In this document: positions 57,062 to 64,000 of the stretch, piece by piece
Layout of the letters: every line of letters starts with the position of its first letter
How positions within the stretch are numbered: the first letter of the stretch is position 1
NCBI GenBank assembly: GCA_951406725.2
Contig: OX597830.1
Location: 79,900,033 to 79,964,032, forward strand
Direction of reading: 5' to 3'
Length of the DNA stretch: 64,000 nucleotides
From: Octopus vulgaris
Taxonomy: Eukaryota
Translations under genes and position numbers: made by a program
Notes under the pieces: generated by a model
Databases searched by the model: none
What the model saw: only the letters and a program-made list of their open reading frames with translations
Told to the model about the DNA's origin: nothing

Positions 57062-57248
57062 TGAAAACAAACATAAAACACAACAACGCGAGGACGTGGA
57101 ACATGTAGAGTATTATTGGACGCCCAGGAAAGAAGGAGGGTTTAACGTTTCGGGCGGAGCTCTTCGTCAAAACCATAGGAAATGGAAAGATCCAAAGAAG
57201 GGAAGACGGAGGGAAAAAAAAATCTCCAACGGTACATACGCGGTCATA
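57062..57248 (-). mobile_element. PLE pLTR-like repeat with hammerhead-like motif (57139-57174)
   Basis: ggtt-TTGACGA-a-gagc[tcc]gccc-GAAAC-GTT-aaacc. Confidence 0.6.
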
Positions 57249-57545
57249 TATATGTATATATATATAACATATGGTATAATTATAAACAGGGCAAATTTTA
57301 GGCATTTCTCCACAGATTGAAAAAAAAGATAATGAACAACCTTAATTGATTTTCAACCCTTGTTGCGTTCTCATGAGAGATATCCACATCATTCTGACAG
57401 TCTCCAGAGAAACAAGCAGCCAAACTGTTTCTATACTCAATAAATGCTGCAGTTACTCTATGTAAGGATCTCTAATTTGCATACCGAAAGTATTTGACAC
57501 TATAAGTACCAGTGGCCAGTCAAAGGGGACGTATGTATGTATGTG

Positions 57546-57577
<32 letters not shown>

Positions 57578-57616
57578 CATACATAATACACACAATCACA
57601 TATGCCCACAGATGTA

Positions 57617-57654
<38 letters not shown>

Positions 57655-58519
57655 TGTGTGTGTGTGTGTGTTTATGAGTGTGCGCGTGTGTGTGTTTCAC
57701 CGATCACAGGACTTTCCGTTTCATGGAAGAGACTGAATGTTGATCTCAGAATCTTGGACAACATGGAGGAGATTACATGGTATCAAGATGACTGGCGATA
57801 TGCACAACTGGATGCTTCACCCAATTTCCCTCCTTTTCAAGACACTCACCACCACCTATCACCTCCCTAACACCAGTTTTTTTTTCATACCACTGTTTTT
57901 CTACCCAGAATCATTTCACAATTTATCCACCCTTCATCCTTCATTACTGTTCTCTCCACCCATACTTTCAATCCTCGCCCCTTCCCCAACCCTTCCGTAC
58001 CTCCAATTTATCTCCCCTCACCCACCACCACACCACTCCCTTTTCCCATATACTGTGCATTCCTCTTTCTCTCCCCCATCCACTCCTCCAACCTACCCAA
58101 CAGCGTGTCATCTCTCTCACTCTTCCTTCTCCTTTTTACAATATCACCATTTCTTTTCTGTGGTTCTGCATTAAAAGATATCCCCTACTCCCCACTCATC
58201 CTACCCACGTCGTACCGTCAATGTTCACCCTGACACCTTATCACACCTATCTTTTTTTTAACTCTCCTGCTCCACCTGATCACCTCCATCCTCTCTTCTA
58301 AAATACGAAAGGTCATCTTACTCCTTTATAACAGCAAACTCCTGCTGCTCCGACCCTTTTCTCTCATACTTTACTCCTTTCTACTCCTTCTCTTCTCTTA
58401 AACTTGCTCCACCTTGGTGTTTATAATCTTGTAAGAAACATGGTAACCCCACTTGTGCTGATGGAATGAAAATTACACCCAGATTATGTTGAAAGGTGTT
58501 AAGCATTAGAAGGGTATTA

Positions 58520-59252
58520 TGGTAGTAGCAACAACGACCAGCCTGGTTCGCTTGTACCTCCGTCACACACAGCAGCAGCGAGTGTAAGTGAACTCCCCTT
58601 CACCGTCAACATTACGTCGAGTCAATCTCGGAACGCTGTCACTTGCTTTGGTTCATTGCACTCCATTTTCTCGGCTCCAATATTTGGGGGAACAATCAAT
58701 GTGAACTTCTTTGGTTCAGATGCAAAGCGACCTCGTCTCACAGATAATGAGGACTGTAACGTTTTCCTGGACTATTGTGCTCTACTCTGACTGACATTGC
58801 TACTCGAAAACATGCTTGAGTATTATTAAAGTTATTGAAGATTCAATCTGTGTTATGTATTTCTTGAACGTGAACTTGAATGTTAACAAAATGTTAAATA
58901 GTCATCAGTTATCAGTCATTTCACCTGAAAACTTAGCGCAATAAAGTCGGACTATCTTCCTGCGGCATGACATCTTTTACAGTTACACATTGTGACGTCA
59001 CTGACGTGAAATCAAGCTGTATTCATGCGCGCTTCAACATGATGTGAAGAATTTAATTATTAGATTAATAAAATATGGTTGTTTATTCGTGTGTAATAAA
59101 TAAAATACCAAACTCATTCCCTATGGATACCGTATTTATTACAACTCGTGGCTTGTAAACGTATCTAACTTGCTTTCGCTCGTTAGATACGTTTACAAGC
59201 CACTCGTTGTAATAAATACGGTATCCATTGGGAACTCGTTTAGTATTCTCTA
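58520..59252 (+). mobile_element. Probable Crypton-like (tyrosine recombinase) element 3' end with terminal palindrome
   Basis: Stop-free frame 58503-58789 containing SIFSAPIFGGTINVNF..AKRPRL, which resembles DUF3504/Crypton C-terminal tails. ~143-nt hairpin at 59104-59246. Confidence 0.5.
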
Positions 59253-59842
59253 TGTATTAAACATGCTAAAGCACACAGGAGCACAATTCCAGCCCGGAAC
59301 AGGATGACTTTGACGATGATGTTGATGCTCATAATGGGGAGAAGGGGGATACAGTATACCACTGTATCGACCAGATAATTAAATGCTGCTGTATTTCACT
59401 ACGGACTGGTCACAGTGAGCTCTTTCTTGATTGCATGATTCTTGTCCATTTTGACCCCAATTTTTGAACTGAATCATGTTCCCATAGTCATAGAGGCCTT
59501 CTGTGTGGCCCTGTCCAGTCTGTCGGATATCACTCAGCAGCTGTGTTGGATGGGTGCATCGCCAACAAGGGACGATGGTCAAATGTGTTGCTATGATTTA
59601 GGAGAAATAAACAAGCAACAAAAATATCACTGAGAGAGAAAGAGAGAGAGTGAGAGAGAAATACAATTATCACTATAAGTGGGTGCGGGGGAGATAGAGA
59701 AATGTTATAATATCGGAATTTCAACGTTTCGTAAAAAGAGGACTGTTTTTTGCAGGAAAAAACATAAAAGGAATTAGTTCAACTTACATGAAGAAAATTT
59801 ACCGGGTGTTCTATCGGTATAAACGTCTTCAGCAGCATGTTT

Positions 59843-59878
<36 letters not shown>

Positions 59879-59913
59879 GAGTGAGTGGACAAACAAAAGG
59901 AGTTACATATATC

Positions 59914-60065
59914 AATCAGAACAGTTTGATTCAAATTCGTTGGTACTTTTGAGTTTCAAACGCGATGCTAGTCGTCATGCATTTTGAATTTGTGTTCAAA
60001 TTCAAAATGGATAACGACTTGCATCGCGCTTAAATCTCAACGAATTTGAATCAAACTGTTTTGAT

Positions 60066-60066
<1 letters not shown>
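59914..60066. repeat. ~150-bp imperfect palindrome (MITE-like)
   Basis: Outer arms aatcagaacagtttgattcaaattcgttg / caacgaatttgaatcaaactgttttgatt; inner arms meet at a tgtt loop. Confidence 0.8.
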
Positions 60067-60103
<37 letters not shown>

Positions 60104-61069
60104 ACACACACACACATACATATTGTTCGGGATTATGGGCTTTTTTTGGGGTTTGTGTATGTATGTGTTCGTGCCTATATGCTTATATACACGTGTATAT
60201 TTCCTTAGGTGGATAGATAAATCATTTGTTTGACCGCACATTACAGGTTGACGCTCCACCAACCAGCCTCCCCAATGACGCATCTCAAGTCACGTCTGGT
60301 TCCTATTGGTTAAAATATGATGCACTTAATTACTCCTTATCTATAACCCTACTGCGCCTTTGTGATCCGATGTTACTCTTGTCTTGTTTCTCGCCTCCTC
60401 TCTAATTTCGTCAGAGAATTCTACTGACATCCTTTTCTATCAGTCTTTTGATGACTCTAACTCCTTCTTTATACCAATGCTTTCCTTCTTGTCATTATTT
60501 ATAATACTAAGTCACTGTGGGTGCCCACCCCATCTCACTCTCCAAACTCATATTAGTTCACATACATTTCCTGAAAATTTAAATACGCTGCTAGCTTGTG
60601 GTTTCTTGCTGTTTCAACTTTCTGTCTCTTAGGTCGATCACACTTACCATATTTAAGAATCAATACAGAAATTGTTTTACGCATCAAGAATATGTAGAAT
60701 ACTGATTTGAAAACTTTCTGTAGTCCTATGCAAAATCAATGGGCACTATAAACTGAGAAAGAATGGACCTCATCTCAAACACCTCTTCATGGCTGATTTA
60801 AAACTTTTCGCAAACAGCAGAGTCTGAAAAGGAGGGGCTGGTGTTGAGGCTGTGCAAATGTGCAACATGGATATAGGGACGGAAGTAGGTATCTCGAAGT
60901 TTTCGGTGCTTATTTTGAAGCGAGGGAAAGAGTAAATTGTAGGACTATAAGAGGGCCAAACGGAGAGAGAATGAAATACCCGGATGATGATGGGTACAAG
61001 TAATTTGGGATCCTGGAGCTGGACAATATACTGCACAAAAAAATGAAGACCAAATTCGTCGCTGCATAT

Positions 61070-62895
61070 TTGATGAAAATAAGAGAAATAATCTGTCAAT
61101 CCTTAATGAAAGTAATAGACAATCAACACTACTAATTAACAAGAAAACAAGAAAAATACTCAATAAATACAAAATTGCAGAACAAGGTAGGCCTGAGTTA
61201 AAAGAACAGCTGAAGCCGTCAACATTTCTCTGAACAAAAGAAAGAATTCAACTCTAACCCCAAAAGATTCTACCAAGAACTTGGCAAAAATAACTTAGAG
61301 ATCAATGCAGCACCACCAGCAGAAATGGAAGAATTTGGGAAAGAAATATGGTCGTCGATGGAACTACCTCAGAAAATGTCTTTTAAAATAACAAAAACAG
61401 CACCTGAACGACTCTGGACCCTATAACAACTGAAGAGGTCACCCAGGCACTGAAAAACCTACGCAACTGGAAGGCACCTGGGCACAAGATCCTTAAGTCC
61501 TGGTTAAAATACCTGCCAAGAAAACAAAAGGCTGACTGGGAAATTTAATGATATACTAGCAAAGCCAGAGACAATGACTGAATGGCTCACGGAAGGGAAA
61601 ACTATCCCAATTCCCAAATCCTCTGAAACGGCGAACCCACGAAATTACAAAAAGAATACTTGTCTCTCTGCATCTTACAAAGCCTTTACTTCAATAATAT
61701 CACAGCGAATGGGTAAGCGTATCGAAGAAAATAGCCTTTGCTTCCAGAAGAGCAGAAGGGATGCTGCAAGGGCTGTAAAGATCAGCTACTTATCACTAAA
61801 GCCATAACTGAAAACAGTTGCAGAAAGAAGAGAGGGTCTAATTATGGCCAGGGTAAGATACAACAAACAAAAACGAAAGAGAAGATAAGAAAAAAAAGCT
61901 ATAGACGAGTTAGATTAATACTGAAAACAGAGCTCAATGCAAACAACAAGATAATACGGTATCAACACTCGCCGTCACAGTTACCGAGACAATATTCTTA
62001 ACTGGACGCTAAATGAACTAATCAAAATAGACTGGAAAAGAAGAAAAATAGTGACAGAATTTAGGATGCACCACCCAAGATCTGACGTTAAAGTGTTTTG
62101 TATACAACGTATGGAAGGTGGTAGATGCCTTATACAGCTAGAAAACCTTTACAAAATAACCACCTAGGACTACAGAAATACCTACTTCAGACGCAAGGAA
62201 AACTATTACAAATAGCCACAAAAAACAATCAAAACCAAAAAGAGTCGTAGTATCTAACAGGTATGAGGAAAAAGAAAAAAAACAAACGATGTAAAATAAC
62301 TGAAATCCAAACTAAAACTGGAACAGCAACGGATCATGATAACATGATGGCAAGGAAAGCCCCTTCATGGCAAATATTGGGTTAAACTAAACGCAAAATA
62401 GACAAAGCAAAATCCTAACAATGGCTGAGAAGCTCAGGACTCAGAGTAGAGACTAAAGGATTTTTATTTTCAACACAAGACCAAATCTTCGTCAATAAAC
62501 ACAGGTAGAGAAATTAAGGCTATCAGGTCGGGTATAGTTGCTAGAGATCATCAATAAAAAAATGCTTTCTACTTGATATATCAATACCAACAGATGACAA
62601 AGTTTTTCTAAAATAAATAGAGAAACTATCAAAATGCAAGAATCTGGAAGTAGAGGTAACACGAATGTGGAATCTAAAAACAGAAACAAATAATTCCTAT
62701 CACAGTAGGTATGATAAAAAGTATTCAGAAAAATGCATAAGAAAAATACAATGACTTACAAGTAAATATAAACTTAGAAAATAGCACAAATATGAAAATA
62801 AGAGGACCACAACAAACCGCAGCACATACCCAAGGTGCTCAGAGCTATGCTCGGTAGTGCAGTGACAACTTGAGATAAAAATAAGCGGTTGAGCA
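61070..62895 (+). mobile_element. Degenerate, internally deleted R4/Dong LINE (same family as 643-2374)
   Basis: NWKAPG, WLTEGKT..IPK, PEEQKGC..GCKDQLLI, LHGKYW; 3' UTR cagcacatacccaagg..gctcggtagtg matches 2302-2342. Confidence 0.88.
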
Positions 62896-63340
62896 GGGAC
62901 TTCACCTGTGCTTGTTTTCAATGAGTCATTACTGAGAGCATGAGGCCTTCGGGCCATTTGACATTGGTGAAGTTGAAATCACGCATAAGAAATATGTTCA
63001 CGTGGTGTTCCAGTTGCATGAGGATTTCATTAATTCTTGTGAGGCAATCTTCACACTTGCCTATGTGGTTTGGAGCCTCCGGTGGGCAATATGTATTGCA
63101 TATGACTGTATTGTGTTGCTTTATGTATACAACTAGAATGGCACATACTGAATTTGAATATGACAGTAAGACATTGGGTTTGAGGTCATTACGGATGTAT
63201 ACAGAAACTCTATGGTTCCTTTCCCTTCTGTCTGTTCGCAGTATGATATATTTTGGTACGTGTACTTCTGCATCCTCTATTTTAGGGCTGAGATGAGTTT
63301 CCACGAGTGCTATGCTTAGGGCTTGATTACACGCAGCAAG
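62896..63340 (-). mobile_element. CR1-like AP endonuclease fragment
   Basis: IALVETHL..YIILRTDR..VYI..YCPP..MRDFNF..VKW. Confidence 0.8.
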
Positions 63341-63362
63341 GTCTCTCTCTCTCTCTCCCTCT

Positions 63363-63447
<85 letters not shown>

Positions 63448-63684
63448 CATTTTAAATAGAATTTATGACTATGTATTCCTATGTAAAACCAAGTTGATTG
63501 CCGAATTTGAGATATTTTAAAATTCTTATCTTTTGTCTTGGGTTCGACCCGAATACTTCTTAAGCAGTTCTATATATTTCGTAAGAAATAATAATAATAA
63601 TAATAATGTATATATGTATGTATAGATATGTATATATATGTATGTATGTATATATATATATATATATGTATATATATGTGTATA

Positions 63685-64000
63685 TGATTGATTGATTGAT
63701 TGATTGATTCTAGTTTCAGCTTATGAGCTGTGGCCATGCTGGGGCACCGCCATTTGGTGTTGCTACTTGGTTTCACTTCATGGAGGCTTTCTAGCAACTG
63801 CTATTTGGTGTATGAGAGAGTTCGATGCAGCTGCCCTCATCTGCCCCTCCTGCCGTGAAGTTGGTTCATCTGGGACACCTGACAGGAAGAGATCCAGCTT
63901 CATTTTAAAGACATCTGTATCCACCCCATGCAGGTCTCTCAGGTTCTTCGGGAGGATATTGAAGAGCTGTGGGCCTCGGAAGCCCAGGCTATCACAGAAT
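63685..64000 (-). mobile_element. 3' end of a CR1-group LINE with (AATC)n tail, continuing beyond the window
   Basis: SLGFRGPQLFNILPKNLR..VFKMKLDLFLSGVPDEP, then ggcggtgccccagcatggccacagctc..gctgaaac and (aatc)n. Confidence 0.75.

Noticed and set aside
59745-59810. Next exon after a ttttttgcAG acceptor
   Set aside because: Immediate stop in the required phase 0 (GAA AAA ACA TAA) and no good donor.

Overview
Eukaryotic, AT-rich, almost entirely repeat-derived DNA. The SINE families and the dense (TA)n/(CA)n/(TATG)n/(TATC)n microsatellites suggest a coleoid cephalopod, most likely Octopus (inference). Most entries in the ORF track are microsatellite artefacts or retroelement fragments. Mobile elements recognised: several R4/Dong-type restriction-like-endonuclease (RLE) LINEs of different ages, a near full-length decayed RTE LINE, Tx1/L1, CR1-like and Hero-like fragments, and Penelope-like elements (PLEs). 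About a dozen hammerhead-ribozyme-like motifs occur in PLE-type repeats; two unrelated families carry a compensatory G3-C8 core swap. Also present are a non-autonomous Helitron with nested piggyBac and SINE, a Crypton-like end with a long hairpin, and two tandem segmental duplications (~3.4 kb and ~7.3 kb units). The only host-gene signal is two small, frame-compatible + strand exons (48476-48528, 56425-56473) of an unidentified gene that probably continues beyond the window. No intact multi-gene system is visible. All calls come from manual reading, and boundaries of decayed elements are approximate.
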